DNA from: Ignavibacteriota bacterium
Lineage (GTDB): Bacteria; Bacteroidota; Ignavibacteria; UBA10030
Reading direction: 5' to 3'
DNA length: 64,000 bases
NCBI GenBank assembly: GCA_963701295.1
Contig: OY969585.1
Span: 3,488,001 to 3,552,000, forward strand
The stretch's first letter is position 1; every line of letters begins with the position of its first letter. Positions 1-10,756 of the stretch are shown here, in pieces. A program made the position numbers and the translations under genes. The notes beneath the pieces were generated by a model. The model had not been told where the DNA came from. It was given only the letters and a program-made list of their open reading frames with translations, and did no database searches.

Positions 1-597
1 TTTCATATCACTGACATTCTTGTCATACTGAAGGAAAAGACTATCGGCCAATGCAAAGATAAGCGCATCACGATCCTGTAATCCTTGGTGCAGTTTTACA
101 ATCATGTTGTGGAGGGAATCTAAAGGAGTAGCGGCATTGAAAAGATCACCGGTAAGCTTCTGGACATTCCGTGTAAGCATCTGGATATCAGCTAAGAGTT
201 TTTCATTCTGCATATTCAACTTCTGTATCTGATCCGAAAGTCCGCGCACAGTTGTTTCTAATTCTGTAATACGAATCACCTGGCTTTCGATAAAGCCAAG
301 ATCCTTCTGGCGCACAAGCAGCTTTCCTCGAAGATGTTCTATGGTCCTATCGTAGCCATCTGGATAGATAGCTTTATTGAGAAGCGTTTTGTTATCAGCA
401 AATTCTTTTTCCAACGCATCGACGGAGACGCTAAGCTCTGCACATTCCTGTACCGAATTTGCCTTATCCACATTCTTCGAAATAGATTGAGCCGTAGTTT
501 GAAAAAGTTGGACGGTAGCATAATCCGATTTTTGTTGAGCAACTACTATCAAGCTCGAAAACACTAACAAAGAAACAAGGCAAAGGATGGTCTTCAT
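1..597 (-). CDS. Secreted coiled-coil hypothetical protein, 5' part (runs off left edge)
   Basis: Hand translation from ATG at 597 (ATGA overlap with the stop of the upstream gene) gives MKTILCLVSLLVFSSLIVVAQQKSDY..., open to base 1. Signal peptide and heptad-rich sequence. Not in the ORF track because no stop lies in the window. Confidence 0.75.
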   Translation of the reverse strand, partial: MKTILCLVSLLVFSSLIVVAQQKSDYATVQLFQTTAQSISKNVDKANSVQECAELSVSVDALEKEFADNKTLLNKAIYPDGYDRTIEHLRGKLLVRQKDLGFIESQVIRITELETTVRGLSDQIQKLNMQNEKLLADIQMLTRNVQKLTGDLFNAATPLDSLHNMIVKLHQGLQDRDALIFALADSLFLQYDKNVSDMK

Positions 598-1052
598 TTG
601 TTTTCTCCTTTCAGAATGCCTTCTTTCGTCAGCGAAACGGGTGGATTCTCTCCATTCAATAGTTGGATATATGGAGGCCGTTGGTTGAATGCGGGATCCT
701 CGATGCCGTCTTGTGTTACAAGAATTTTATTCGTGAGTCTCAAACCGCCTTCAATTTGCTCAAATACATAGACATTTTTAAATTTCGATGCCGTCATAAA
801 GTAATAACCATTGATGTCTCGAATTATCCGCAATGTCACATTCGAAATATTGACCGAGTCTTGGGTCTCATCATAAAGGAGTTCTTTAACATTGAGTGAA
901 AAATAATGCTGTTTAACTTCTATCATACCTTTTTCGTCAACTTTCGATACCGACTCAATGGGCCATGCAAAATCACCCGGTCTCAGCGTAAGAGATGAAC
1001 AACCAGCAAAAACGAGGAATGAGAAAAAAAATAGAATGTTGATTGCTTTCAT
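594..1052 (-). CDS. Hypothetical lipoprotein
   Basis: ORF 594..1130; likely start MKAINIL at 1052 after a GGAGG RBS; lipobox FAGC. Confidence 0.7.
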   Translation of the reverse strand: MKAINILFFFSFLVFAGCSSLTLRPGDFAWPIESVSKVDEKGMIEVKQHYFSLNVKELLYDETQDSVNISNVTLRIIRDINGYYFMTASKFKNVYVFEQIEGGLRLTNKILVTQDGIEDPAFNQRPPYIQLLNGENPPVSLTKEGILKGENK

Positions 1053-1523
1053 ACTACCTCCTGGATTTTGGTCCGGAAATTTCATCCGAACAATCTGCTC
1101 TAATGTATTAAAGGATAATGTTGGATTCAAGTGGTGCTTCGATTTTTTTTATTATGTTTTTTATTACATCAGCGTGGATGGTACCACAGAATCCTAACGG
1201 AAATACAGAAAGAGTCATGCCAAAAGAACATTTTCCCCTTTCACCGATCAATGCAAGAACTCCTGAGGAAACCGAGAATAATTTGAGAATTTTAAGTTAA
1301 AGGTAGATTCTGCAACATACAGAAGCGAATGGTAGAAGTAACACTTCTTCACTTGTGCACCAACGGACGTCATGAACAGGGTCATTGATACTGCAACGAT
1401 CCAGTCACTTTTTTGAAAAAGAGAAAGTTATAAAGGGGCACTCATTAATTCATCATTCAGCATATCTGGCGATTCATGATCTTATCATCTGAACATCCGC
1501 TTATTGTACGCTCTCTTTCTTTT

Positions 1524-3131
1524 CTATTTCACTTTTTCTTGCTTCCACCAACGCGTGACCACTTCTTCAATCTTTGTCTTAGCATCACTTTGCTTCCACT
1601 TTTCATAAAATTTGATATCGCTGCTATCCGGCTCTGGATCAGGGAAGTCAATTTGCACACGCATCGGCATCGGAATTGCTTCCCCAACAATAAGTGCTTC
1701 TCCCTGCCGGAGGGACGGCAATACATCAGTGAAACTTGCAAAACTATCTGGCACCAATCGTCTGACGTAGTTCTGATCCATGGGATTTGTCAAGCGTAAA
1801 ATTACATAATTGTTGCACTGTGAGAGAATCGTTTCTGAGACTTCCACCGGACGTTGACTCACCACCATACAACTGACGCCATATTTTCGTCCTTCTTTTG
1901 CGATACGTTCCACGGTTTTTCGTGCAGCGGCAGTAGTACTGAGAGTGCTCGGCAGATAGTTATGTGCTTCTTCGAACACTAGTAATATAGGAAAGTCGCG
2001 CCTGCTAGGATTCCAAAAATTGAAATCGAAAATGATGCGTGCCAGCAGCGACACGATCGTATTCACAACATCAAATGGCACACCGCTCAAATCAAGGACC
2101 GTCACCTTGGCATTTTCATCGGCGCCAAGTATCTTAGTCAGCAGGTCATTAAACGTGATAGAGCTAATGTATTTCTTGGGTCGAAACATGAATGCGTATC
2201 GTGGATCATTCAATTTACCATCAAGACGCACGAGGAACCGAGTAAATTTACCATAGAACGGTCCATCTTTGGCTGTTGAACCTGATGTCACTTTTTCTGT
2301 ATCCAGATATTGCATTTTTGCACGAATTTCACTGAGGTCGTAATAGACCGGTGTGTCGATTGTAATAATCGTTGACATTTCTGGATTCTTACCTTTCTTC
2401 GACATAATGACGAGGTCTTTCAGCACGGTGATCTGGCTGGATGCATTCTCATCTTTCTCATCAACAAACATTTCGCGCAATTCGTCAAAGTTCATTAACC
2501 AGTATGGAAGTTCAAATTCTGCGATGTCAAGGTGGTTGCAATTCCCTTCGAATGCTTTCTGATATTCATTATGGATATCAAGAATAATGATATTCGTATC
2601 GGGATACCTCGAAACCTTCTGCAATACAGAAGCTACGGTGCAAGATTTTCCTGAACCGCTGGAACCAAGCACGGCAATGTGTTTGCCGAAAAATTTATTA
2701 GCATCAAGGAATGCCCGCTGGTTTTCGAACAAGGATACTTGTCCCACAGAAAATCCGTACCGCTGGTAGACTGCAAACGCAATAGAAAGATCCGCATCTT
2801 CCGCAAGATACACAGGCGTATCAGACACCGGAAAGATAGATACACCTCGTTCATAGCGGCCGCTCTTTACTGTTCCAACCATCGATACATAGAGAATGAA
2901 CCGCTGATGGGCATGTCCGTCGACATTCACATCTTCTTTTTTCAACTCTGATACCAATCCGATCAGTACAAGTGTTCCCATGGGAATCAAGACATATGTA
3001 CCAATTTGGCCGATATAGTATATCTTTCCATTGATCTCCCTTTTCAGAGTTGTAATTTTTGGATCGAGAAGAATGGAAACAATCGCACTATTCACAGTTG
3101 ATACGACACCAATATATTTTTGCTCAACCAT
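1524..3131 (-). CDS. HerA/FtsK-family ATPase (HAS-barrel + DUF87/DUF853 type)
   Basis: Walker A GSSGSGKS, DIHNEY, Walker B FEEAH, EGRKYG, VSQRP motifs; N-terminal beta-barrel. Confidence 0.85.
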   Translation of the reverse strand: MVEQKYIGVVSTVNSAIVSILLDPKITTLKREINGKIYYIGQIGTYVLIPMGTLVLIGLVSELKKEDVNVDGHAHQRFILYVSMVGTVKSGRYERGVSIFPVSDTPVYLAEDADLSIAFAVYQRYGFSVGQVSLFENQRAFLDANKFFGKHIAVLGSSGSGKSCTVASVLQKVSRYPDTNIIILDIHNEYQKAFEGNCNHLDIAEFELPYWLMNFDELREMFVDEKDENASSQITVLKDLVIMSKKGKNPEMSTIITIDTPVYYDLSEIRAKMQYLDTEKVTSGSTAKDGPFYGKFTRFLVRLDGKLNDPRYAFMFRPKKYISSITFNDLLTKILGADENAKVTVLDLSGVPFDVVNTIVSLLARIIFDFNFWNPSRRDFPILLVFEEAHNYLPSTLSTTAAARKTVERIAKEGRKYGVSCMVVSQRPVEVSETILSQCNNYVILRLTNPMDQNYVRRLVPDSFASFTDVLPSLRQGEALIVGEAIPMPMRVQIDFPDPEPDSSDIKFYEKWKQSDAKTKIEEVVTRWWKQEKVK

Positions 3132-3160
3132 AACTCAACCTTTCTCTGAAAGTTTGACTC

Positions 3161-4393
3161 CTAACTCACTCGTTTGATGACGACGATCGTTCGGTCGTCT
3201 GAATACTCAGCGCCTTCTGAAAAAAGTTCTACATCCTCGATCAGCGCTTTGCATATTTCTTGCGCTCCCCTGCTGGCGAGCTGTTTGATGTTATCTGCGA
3301 GATGTTTTTCGCTATAGGGAGTACCATCGGCACGAAGCGCTTCAGTAATCCCATCTGTGTAAATAACGGCAACATCATCTTTTTTCAACATCGTGCTCTC
3401 CACACGATAATTGCCGCGGGGGAACGGACCGAGGATAAGTCCCGTCGGCTCCAATAGTTCGATGTTATTCTCTTGCGCATGATAAACCATAGGACTATTG
3501 TGCCCCGCATTGGCATAGAGCAGTAATCCCTTCGCTCCATCCGTTAATTCGGCATAAAACATCGAGACAAATTGTTCTTCCGAGAACGAGCGATTCACAA
3601 TTTTATTAATACCCGACATCAACGTTGCGGTTTTTGTATGATGTGCGATTCCCATTCGCAGTGCTCCGACGACATACAAGGCTTGTGCTGCAGCTCGAAA
3701 TCCCTTACTCGCTGCATCTCCTACAACAATCATCAAGCGATCTTTTGTTTCATCAGAAAAAATATAATCAAAGAAATCTCCACCAACAATACGATCGGGG
3801 ATAGAAATCCCATAAATGTCATAATAGTAAAAATGGAGAAATGGCTCTGGTAAGATACTCTGTTGAATCTCACGTGCTTTGTCGATATCTTGCTCAAGCA
3901 ATCGAGCTTTTTGCTCGATGCGTTTGTTGCGGAGGACAGAAGTGACCGCCAGACTAATCACATTGAGATTCGGAAGTAGATCTTGATCAATAAAATCAGA
4001 ATTGAACGCCAGAACATACTGATAAACAGTTTTATCACGATATGGCATTCTATCCCCTATCCCCGTTGCGGAGTACTTGATAATACCTTTTTTTCGAAGA
4101 TATCCATCCGTCTCGTTGGCAATAATGGAACGCTGTTCGATAAGATGTTGAAACATCGGATAGCGCGCAACTTGAATTCGATAACCTGAATCAAGGCGGT
4201 CAATCTGTCCAATCTGATGAATTACGCGGTACGATTCGGTGGATGGTTCATACTGCCATAGTCTGCCGCCTTTTAAAAGAATATCTTCGGTCTTCACGAT
4301 TTCATTCAGAACATGCTTGAGTAAATCTTTCTCCGTTTTAAATTGAACGGAAGCGAAGCTTTCGATAGTGCGATATAATCGGCGTTGGTTCAT
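3161..4393 (-). CDS. PP2C/SpoIIE (RsbU-like) phosphatase with N-terminal GAF-like region
   Basis: VGGDFFD, GDAASKG, NAGH, YTDGITE, DDRT motifs. Confidence 0.85.
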   Translation of the reverse strand: MNQRRLYRTIESFASVQFKTEKDLLKHVLNEIVKTEDILLKGGRLWQYEPSTESYRVIHQIGQIDRLDSGYRIQVARYPMFQHLIEQRSIIANETDGYLRKKGIIKYSATGIGDRMPYRDKTVYQYVLAFNSDFIDQDLLPNLNVISLAVTSVLRNKRIEQKARLLEQDIDKAREIQQSILPEPFLHFYYYDIYGISIPDRIVGGDFFDYIFSDETKDRLMIVVGDAASKGFRAAAQALYVVGALRMGIAHHTKTATLMSGINKIVNRSFSEEQFVSMFYAELTDGAKGLLLYANAGHNSPMVYHAQENNIELLEPTGLILGPFPRGNYRVESTMLKKDDVAVIYTDGITEALRADGTPYSEKHLADNIKQLASRGAQEICKALIEDVELFSEGAEYSDDRTIVVIKRVS

Positions 4394-5019
4394 ATAGCAC
4401 TCACTGCTCGAGACACTACTTCTTCCTTGAATACTTTTTCAATCTCTTCTAATCCTTCGATTCCAAGAATGTATTCAAATTCTTCTCGACATACATCAAG
4501 CACTGTCAACGATCCATCTGGAACGATACTGCAACATTGCAACCTATTCGTGAATTCGGGATCGTCCATCGTCAGCACATGTCCATCGATAACCAGTGGA
4601 AACGCGACACAATAAAATGGCTTCAGTGCAAACTTATCCATTCCTTCTGCCAATGCTGTTTTCTGCAACGTACAGAGACCTTTGCTGTCGAGAAACACAC
4701 ATCCGCTGTCTCTCACGGCAGTACCATCACATCGACCGGATGGGGAATCAATGTCATATTCAATCTTGTGATCGAACCATTTTGCAACATCATGTTCCTG
4801 CTGTAGTTCTAAATATTTTTTGATTACATCTGCATGTGCAAGAATACGTTCTTTGTCTCTTAAATCAAGGAGCACTCCTTCAGCGCAGCATGTTCCATTG
4901 CAATGACATATCGAACAATCGAGAGAAAAGCGGCGTGACAAAATTTCCGGATCAATTCGCAATTCCGAGATATGTTCCAAATTATGTTTTTTAAGAATCT
5001 TCAGAGATACCTCAGCCAT
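4390..5019 (-). CDS. Cys-rich DUF3109/YkgJ-like metal- or Fe-S-binding protein
   Basis: CxxCxCxxxCC, CVFL...C, KPFYCVAFP motifs. Confidence 0.7.
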   Translation of the reverse strand: MAEVSLKILKKHNLEHISELRIDPEILSRRFSLDCSICHCNGTCCAEGVLLDLRDKERILAHADVIKKYLELQQEHDVAKWFDHKIEYDIDSPSGRCDGTAVRDSGCVFLDSKGLCTLQKTALAEGMDKFALKPFYCVAFPLVIDGHVLTMDDPEFTNRLQCCSIVPDGSLTVLDVCREEFEYILGIEGLEEIEKVFKEEVVSRAVSAI

Positions 5020-5512
5020 ATATTTCCTTCTGTCTAATGTAATAAATCAAATCTGTGCTCACAACTGCCATCCCGAGCTGCCTCAGCATCGTTACTAATT
5101 GACCGCGATGGTACGATGAATGATTCACCTTGTGTTGCATTTGCTGATGCAAAGGTTGAAAGTAAGTATTTCCTTTCATATCCAAATATTGCAATGGTGC
5201 ATTTAATTTCTCCTCTGTGAGACTTTGAAGAAAATTGCTAATCTCGCACTCATATATCTCCCATTGCTCTTCCACGATTTCTACCGCTGGAAAGTTTTCA
5301 TTTTTTAATGGCTCTGGTTTTTCCCCTTTCCAGCGATGTAACCAGACTCGGTTGGCAGATAAAATATGTACAATTGTCCCTTGAATGCCTCCGAAACTTG
5401 AATGAAGGTCTTTCTTGTACTGATCTCCTGTGAGCGTTGCAATCACCTCAAGTAATTTCAAATCCGCCCATTTATCATACTCAAATAATAATTGAATTTC
5501 TTTTTTTGTCAT
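5012..5512 (-). CDS. DinB-family protein
   Basis: HILSA..W and HKVNHSSYHRGQ motifs. Confidence 0.85.
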   Translation of the reverse strand: MTKKEIQLLFEYDKWADLKLLEVIATLTGDQYKKDLHSSFGGIQGTIVHILSANRVWLHRWKGEKPEPLKNENFPAVEIVEEQWEIYECEISNFLQSLTEEKLNAPLQYLDMKGNTYFQPLHQQMQHKVNHSSYHRGQLVTMLRQLGMAVVSTDLIYYIRQKEIYG

Positions 5513-5515
5513 TTC

Positions 5516-8131
5516 TTAGTCCTTCTCTTCAATTTTTTTCTTCAACGCCGCCAGTGTTTGCATTGCTTCCAACGGTGTCATATGTTCGATATCAAGCATG
5601 CGGAGTTCTGTCCGCAGCTTATCGTCCTTTACTTCAAACATTGCCATTTGTCCCTTTTCCTCTCTCGTCTTCCCTCTTCCATTTATCAATTCTTTGTCTC
5701 TCATGACCAACTCAGAGCTTTCTAAATTTTTCAATACCAACTTTGCCCGCTCCGTCACTTCCTCTGGTAAACCGGCCATTTGTGCCACTTGAATTCCGTA
5801 CGAATGGTCGGCAAAACCCGGCAGTACTTTATGAAGAAAGATGACCTTATCGCCGTACTCGCGTACGTCCACCTTATAATTTTTAATACGGGGAAAAACA
5901 TCGGCAAGTTCATTTAATTCATGATAGTGTGTTGCAAAGAGAGTTTTGGCACCGATATGATTGTGCAAATATTCTGTGAGAGCCCAAGCGATACTGATAC
6001 CATCGAACGTGCTGGTACCACGTCCAATCTCATCGAGCAATATTAAACTGCGCTGTGTTGCTGTGTTGACAATATTCGCTGCTTCATGCATCTCCACTAA
6101 AAATGTGCTTTCTCCAGAAGCGATATTATCGCTTGCACCCACGCGTGTATAAATACGATCAACCATCCCAATGTGTGTGGATGTTGCTGGAACAAAACTC
6201 CCGATTTGTGCAAGCAGGACAATCAATCCCACTTGACGCAAATAACTTGATTTGCCGCTCATATTCGGCCCAGTGATAATAAGAATCTGATCGGATACAG
6301 TGTCCAGTAGTGTATGGTTCGGTGTATAATGTTCGCCAGGTGGCAAAAGCTTTTCGATCACTGGGTGACGTCCATCTTTAATGTCGATCCTGAAAGAATC
6401 ATCCATCGTCGGACAAACATAGTGATTCTCCACTGCAACTTCGGCAAGCGAGACATAGCAATCCAACATTGCTATGGCATGCGCGTTTGCTTGAATTGCA
6501 CTGATGTACTCGGCAATTATTTGACGTAGTTCATTGAAAAGACGTGTTTCCAGTGTAAGTATTTTTTCTTCTGCATGAAGAATCTTCTCTTCATATTCCT
6601 TCAACTCTGGCGTCACAAAACGCTCGGCATTCGTCAGCGTTTGCTTGCGGATGTAGTTTGCTGGCACTTTATCTTTGTGTGTGTGTGTTACTTCAATGTA
6701 ATAACCGAAGACATTATTATAACCAATCTTGAGCGATGAGATACCCGTGCGTTCCCGCTCTGATTGCTGATGTTTCGCAACCCAATCCTTTGCTCCGAAT
6801 GCCAATAAGCGGATATCGTCTAATTCTGAATTATACCCCTTCCGAATTACTCCACCATCCACGAGTGTCATTGGCGGATCATCCGCAATGGCTCGTCCAA
6901 TAGTAGAAACAATATCAATAAGCGGATCAAGATGATCATTCAAATTCTTTATGGTTGCACTAGTGAGATTTGAGATTTGAGATTTAAGGCTTGGAATTTG
7001 TGACAGCATGGCTTTCAATTGATTCATTTCACGTGGATTCGCTCTGCCCGTAGCAATTTTCACGATCAACCGTTCAAGATCGCCAACCGGCTCCAATTCT
7101 TCCCAAGTTTTCCGTCGCGCCGGTTCATTCGACACCAATTCTTTTATCGCATCGAGCCGCGTGTGAATCGGTTCTAATCGCTTCAATGGACGATTAATCC
7201 ATTGCTTTAACATCCGTCCGCCCATCGGGGTTTGTGTGTGATCGATAATAGAAAAGAGTGTACCATCGGACTGACCGGAGATGCTCGTTGTAATCTCGAG
7301 GTTACGCTTTGTTGAAGCATCCAGCAACATGTACTCGCTTACATCATGCGGCACAATCTTTTTAATGTGCGGAATATTTGCCTTCTGTGTCTCCTGCACG
7401 TAATTCATGATTGCGCCTGCGGCAATAACGCCCACATGCATCTCCTCGACACCAAATCCTTTTAATGACTTTGTCTTAAAATGATTAATAAGCAGTTCGT
7501 ATGCATAGTCGGCATTGAACACCCAGTCGTCCACTTTAGTGTATAACACACGGAAGCGTTCACCCAATAGAGTCTTAATCATTTCGAGATCGCGCTTCTG
7601 TACGAGCAATTCCTGCGGCTGGAGATTACTTATCTGTTCTATGAATTGTTTCAATGGAAACTCACTAAGTCCAAATTCTCCCGTCGAGACATCAATAAAT
7701 GCAAAACCGATTGTATCATCGCTTGTTGCCAGTGGCGATGATAAAGCGATAGCAGCGAGATAATTGTTCTGCTTTTGTTCCAATACATTGTCAGAGAATG
7801 ACACACCTGGTGTAACAACCTCAATCACATCACGCTTGACGATGCCTTTAGCAAACTTCGGATCTTCTAACTGCTCGCAGATGGCAACACGATATCCTGC
7901 ACGAAGGAGTTTGGGAAGATATGTATCAAGCGCGTGATGAGGAAATCCCGCCAGTGGTGTCTCACCGGAGGTACCATTCCCGCGCTTGGTAAGCACAATA
8001 CCAAGCACTTTGGATGCGATCTTCGCATCTTCATCAAACGTCTCGAAGAAGTCGCCCATTCTGAAAAGAAGCACCATATCCGGATACTTCGCTTTCATCT
8101 GCTGGTACTGGTGCATTAATGGTGTGGACAT
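5516..8131 (-). CDS. mutS: DNA mismatch repair protein MutS
   Basis: TPLMHQY, FRMGDFFE, TGPNMSGKS, DEIGRGTS, SYGIQVA. Confidence 0.98.
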   Translation of the reverse strand: MSTPLMHQYQQMKAKYPDMVLLFRMGDFFETFDEDAKIASKVLGIVLTKRGNGTSGETPLAGFPHHALDTYLPKLLRAGYRVAICEQLEDPKFAKGIVKRDVIEVVTPGVSFSDNVLEQKQNNYLAAIALSSPLATSDDTIGFAFIDVSTGEFGLSEFPLKQFIEQISNLQPQELLVQKRDLEMIKTLLGERFRVLYTKVDDWVFNADYAYELLINHFKTKSLKGFGVEEMHVGVIAAGAIMNYVQETQKANIPHIKKIVPHDVSEYMLLDASTKRNLEITTSISGQSDGTLFSIIDHTQTPMGGRMLKQWINRPLKRLEPIHTRLDAIKELVSNEPARRKTWEELEPVGDLERLIVKIATGRANPREMNQLKAMLSQIPSLKSQISNLTSATIKNLNDHLDPLIDIVSTIGRAIADDPPMTLVDGGVIRKGYNSELDDIRLLAFGAKDWVAKHQQSERERTGISSLKIGYNNVFGYYIEVTHTHKDKVPANYIRKQTLTNAERFVTPELKEYEEKILHAEEKILTLETRLFNELRQIIAEYISAIQANAHAIAMLDCYVSLAEVAVENHYVCPTMDDSFRIDIKDGRHPVIEKLLPPGEHYTPNHTLLDTVSDQILIITGPNMSGKSSYLRQVGLIVLLAQIGSFVPATSTHIGMVDRIYTRVGASDNIASGESTFLVEMHEAANIVNTATQRSLILLDEIGRGTSTFDGISIAWALTEYLHNHIGAKTLFATHYHELNELADVFPRIKNYKVDVREYGDKVIFLHKVLPGFADHSYGIQVAQMAGLPEEVTERAKLVLKNLESSELVMRDKELINGRGKTREEKGQMAMFEVKDDKLRTELRMLDIEHMTPLEAMQTLAALKKKIEEKD

Positions 8132-8286
8132 AGAATCAAGTAACGATGCAAAGAAAAAAGGAAAATAAGTAATTCATTGCATAACTCTAAGCAGTATATA
8201 GTATGTATTCAACGACTGTTGATCCCGCTTCTTTTATAATTCATTTTTCATATCAGCTTCACTTTATGCTCCCGACACATTACTTT

Positions 8287-9069
8287 TTACTTGATCTTTC
8301 CTACTCCCCATTTTTTCATCACCTCTAACATTTTGTTGTCAGTCAGGTCGTATTGGATGGGTGTAATGGAAATGTAATTATTCTGCACAGCTGCCTCGTC
8401 AAATTCTAAATCCGTATCGACTTTTTCCAGGCCGCCTGTGAGCCAATAATATTCTCGATTATTCGGGTCTCGTCTAAGATCAAATGTATCGTTCCAAATT
8501 GCTTTACCTTGCCGTGTGACGAGCACACCTTTAATATCTTTCGGTTTGAGCGGTGGGACGTTTACATTAAGAAGCGTACCGGGTGGAAGCCCGCGTTTAC
8601 CGATGAGTACCGCTAACTTTCGTGCTAACTGTGCAGGATAACGAAAATCTGCTGGTGCATATGTTGTTAGCGAGACTGCAATGGATGGAATGCCAAGGAT
8701 GGTTCCTTCTGTTGCCGCTGAAACCGTTCCTGAGTAAATGATGCTGATAGCGGTATTGGAACCGTGATTGACGCCGGAGACAACTAAATCCGGTGTGCGT
8801 TTGAGAATGGCGCGCACAGCAAGTTTTACGCAATCAGCTGGAGTTCCCTGCACAGCGTATCCGAAGAATTTTCCGTTCTTCTTGAACTCTTTTACACGCA
8901 GCGGATAATTCATCGTGATGGCATGACCTACAGCACTCTGTTGTTTATCCGGTGCCACGACTGTCACATTGCCGACCTTCTTCATCTCCTGAACAAGCGC
9001 ATAAATTCCAGGTGCGTCAATACCGTCATCATTGGAGACAAGAATATTGAGTTTACGTTTTGATTTCAT
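8287..9069 (-). CDS. surE: 5'/3'-nucleotidase SurE
   Basis: SNDDGIDAPG, GTPADCV, SGVNHG, YSGTV. Confidence 0.97.
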   Translation of the reverse strand: MKSKRKLNILVSNDDGIDAPGIYALVQEMKKVGNVTVVAPDKQQSAVGHAITMNYPLRVKEFKKNGKFFGYAVQGTPADCVKLAVRAILKRTPDLVVSGVNHGSNTAISIIYSGTVSAATEGTILGIPSIAVSLTTYAPADFRYPAQLARKLAVLIGKRGLPPGTLLNVNVPPLKPKDIKGVLVTRQGKAIWNDTFDLRRDPNNREYYWLTGGLEKVDTDLEFDEAAVQNNYISITPIQYDLTDNKMLEVMKKWGVGKIK

Positions 9070-9151
9070 GTTTATTCAGAGATATGGAGAACAAAGTCCC
9101 TCCCCCACGCAGGAAGTCGGATATCGGTTTCTGCCGGTATGATAAAATGAG

Positions 9152-9976
9152 TTAGTAACTTTCTTTTTGAATTGGAAATTTTTCTTCCTTCACATCCTTT
9201 ACATACCCGCCCACACTTTGGCGGATTGTTTCAGATAAATGTGCATAGCGTCGTACAAATCGCGGATGAAAATCCTCATACAATCCCAACATATCTGATA
9301 CAACAAGAATCTGTCCATCGCAGTGCATTCCAGCGCCAATACCAATTGTTGGAATCTTGAGCGATCTCGTAATTTTTGCCGCAAGAGCTGCAGGAATTTT
9401 TTCCAGCACAACACTAAACGCTCCGGCTTCTTCCAGAGCCTTTGCATCTTTGAGCAATTGTTTTGCTTCGTCTGGTGTTGCACCGCGCGGAGTGAATCCA
9501 CCAAATTGATGAATCGACTGCGGCGTCAATCCGAGATGTCCGATGACTGGAATTCCTGCGCGCATAGTCATATGCACAAGATTTGCAATACGCTCGCCTC
9601 CTTCGAACTTCACGCCTCCGGCGCCGGTTTCTTTCATCACACGCCCCGCATTCCGGAATCCTTCTTCGTCGTTCGCCTGAAACGACATAAACGGCATATC
9701 CACAATAATCATCGCTCGATCAACACCGCGCACAACGCTTTTAGCATGATAGATCATTTCGTCGAGCGTAACGGGCAGCGTGGTTTCATGTCCCTGAAAT
9801 ACCATGCCAAGTGAATCGCCGACAAGGATCAAATCGACGCCCGCTTGATCCAATAAACGTGCCGTTATATAGTCATACGCTGTTAAGCATGCGATGCGTG
9901 TTTTTTCCTTTTTCATTGCCGCTATTACTTTTGTTGTAACTTTCTTTGGACCTGATGTAGTCGAGGAATTTTTCAT
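9152..9976 (-). CDS. panB: 3-methyl-2-oxobutanoate hydroxymethyltransferase
   Basis: LTAYD, LVGDSLG, KFEGG, GHLGLTPQ. Confidence 0.97.
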   Translation of the reverse strand: MKNSSTTSGPKKVTTKVIAAMKKEKTRIACLTAYDYITARLLDQAGVDLILVGDSLGMVFQGHETTLPVTLDEMIYHAKSVVRGVDRAMIIVDMPFMSFQANDEEGFRNAGRVMKETGAGGVKFEGGERIANLVHMTMRAGIPVIGHLGLTPQSIHQFGGFTPRGATPDEAKQLLKDAKALEEAGAFSVVLEKIPAALAAKITRSLKIPTIGIGAGMHCDGQILVVSDMLGLYEDFHPRFVRRYAHLSETIRQSVGGYVKDVKEEKFPIQKESY

Positions 9977-10749
9977 ATATTCACCCTTAATTCTTCATCC
10001 ATCATATTCACAACTGCCGGTGCAATCGACCACGCCTTTTGAAATCCATGCAGGATTGCTTCTGCAATTTCTTCAAATGTTATCACCCGATTTAAAACGG
10101 TCGTGAGATCGGTAGTTTTTTCATTAAGCTCTCTATGCAGTGCATCGCGTTCTCCTTCCGATAAAGCACTTAAAAATTCCACCATTCGTTTATGGTCTGG
10201 ACCAAGTAGAATAGAACCGTGCTGCAAAACCACTTCTTCGCCATCATTTGTAGCATAACGCCGCTGGGCACTACCGACAAGTTTCTTTCCATAACATTTA
10301 ATTTCATATCGTCCGGTACTGGAAAAACATGCTGCTGCCGATGTCGTTCGATAAAGGGATGGAAAATGGGGTTGGCTTTTTTCAATGGCTGCCGACACAC
10401 CAAGTTCCAGCAAGCCACTTACTAATGCACGACTAATAGCATCATAGACAGAAAGAATGTTCTTCCCTTTTACACGCATCACCACGCTGTATGTGAGTTC
10501 TTCCGAATGCAGAATAGCTCGTCCACCTGTGGGACGACGAATAACATCGATTCCGGATGCTAAGGTTTTAGAAAGATCGATCTCGTCCATTGACTGATTC
10601 CAGCCAAGTGAGATAGCAAACGGCTGCCAACCATACACGCGGATAGTGGAATTGCCCACACCATTAACAAGTGCCCGTGCAAGAGCCATGTCATACTCCA
10701 TATTAAAAACACCGGAACGAATTCCGGTGTTTTCGAATCGCCAATTCAT
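9973..10749 (-). CDS. Lipoate-protein ligase A / octanoyltransferase (LipM-like)
   Basis: RRPTGGRAILH, KKLVGSAQ, QHGSI; start probably MNWRFE at 10749. Confidence 0.85.
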   Translation of the reverse strand: MNWRFENTGIRSGVFNMEYDMALARALVNGVGNSTIRVYGWQPFAISLGWNQSMDEIDLSKTLASGIDVIRRPTGGRAILHSEELTYSVVMRVKGKNILSVYDAISRALVSGLLELGVSAAIEKSQPHFPSLYRTTSAAACFSSTGRYEIKCYGKKLVGSAQRRYATNDGEEVVLQHGSILLGPDHKRMVEFLSALSEGERDALHRELNEKTTDLTTVLNRVITFEEIAEAILHGFQKAWSIAPAVVNMMDEELRVNI

Positions 10750-10756
10750 CTTCTTC

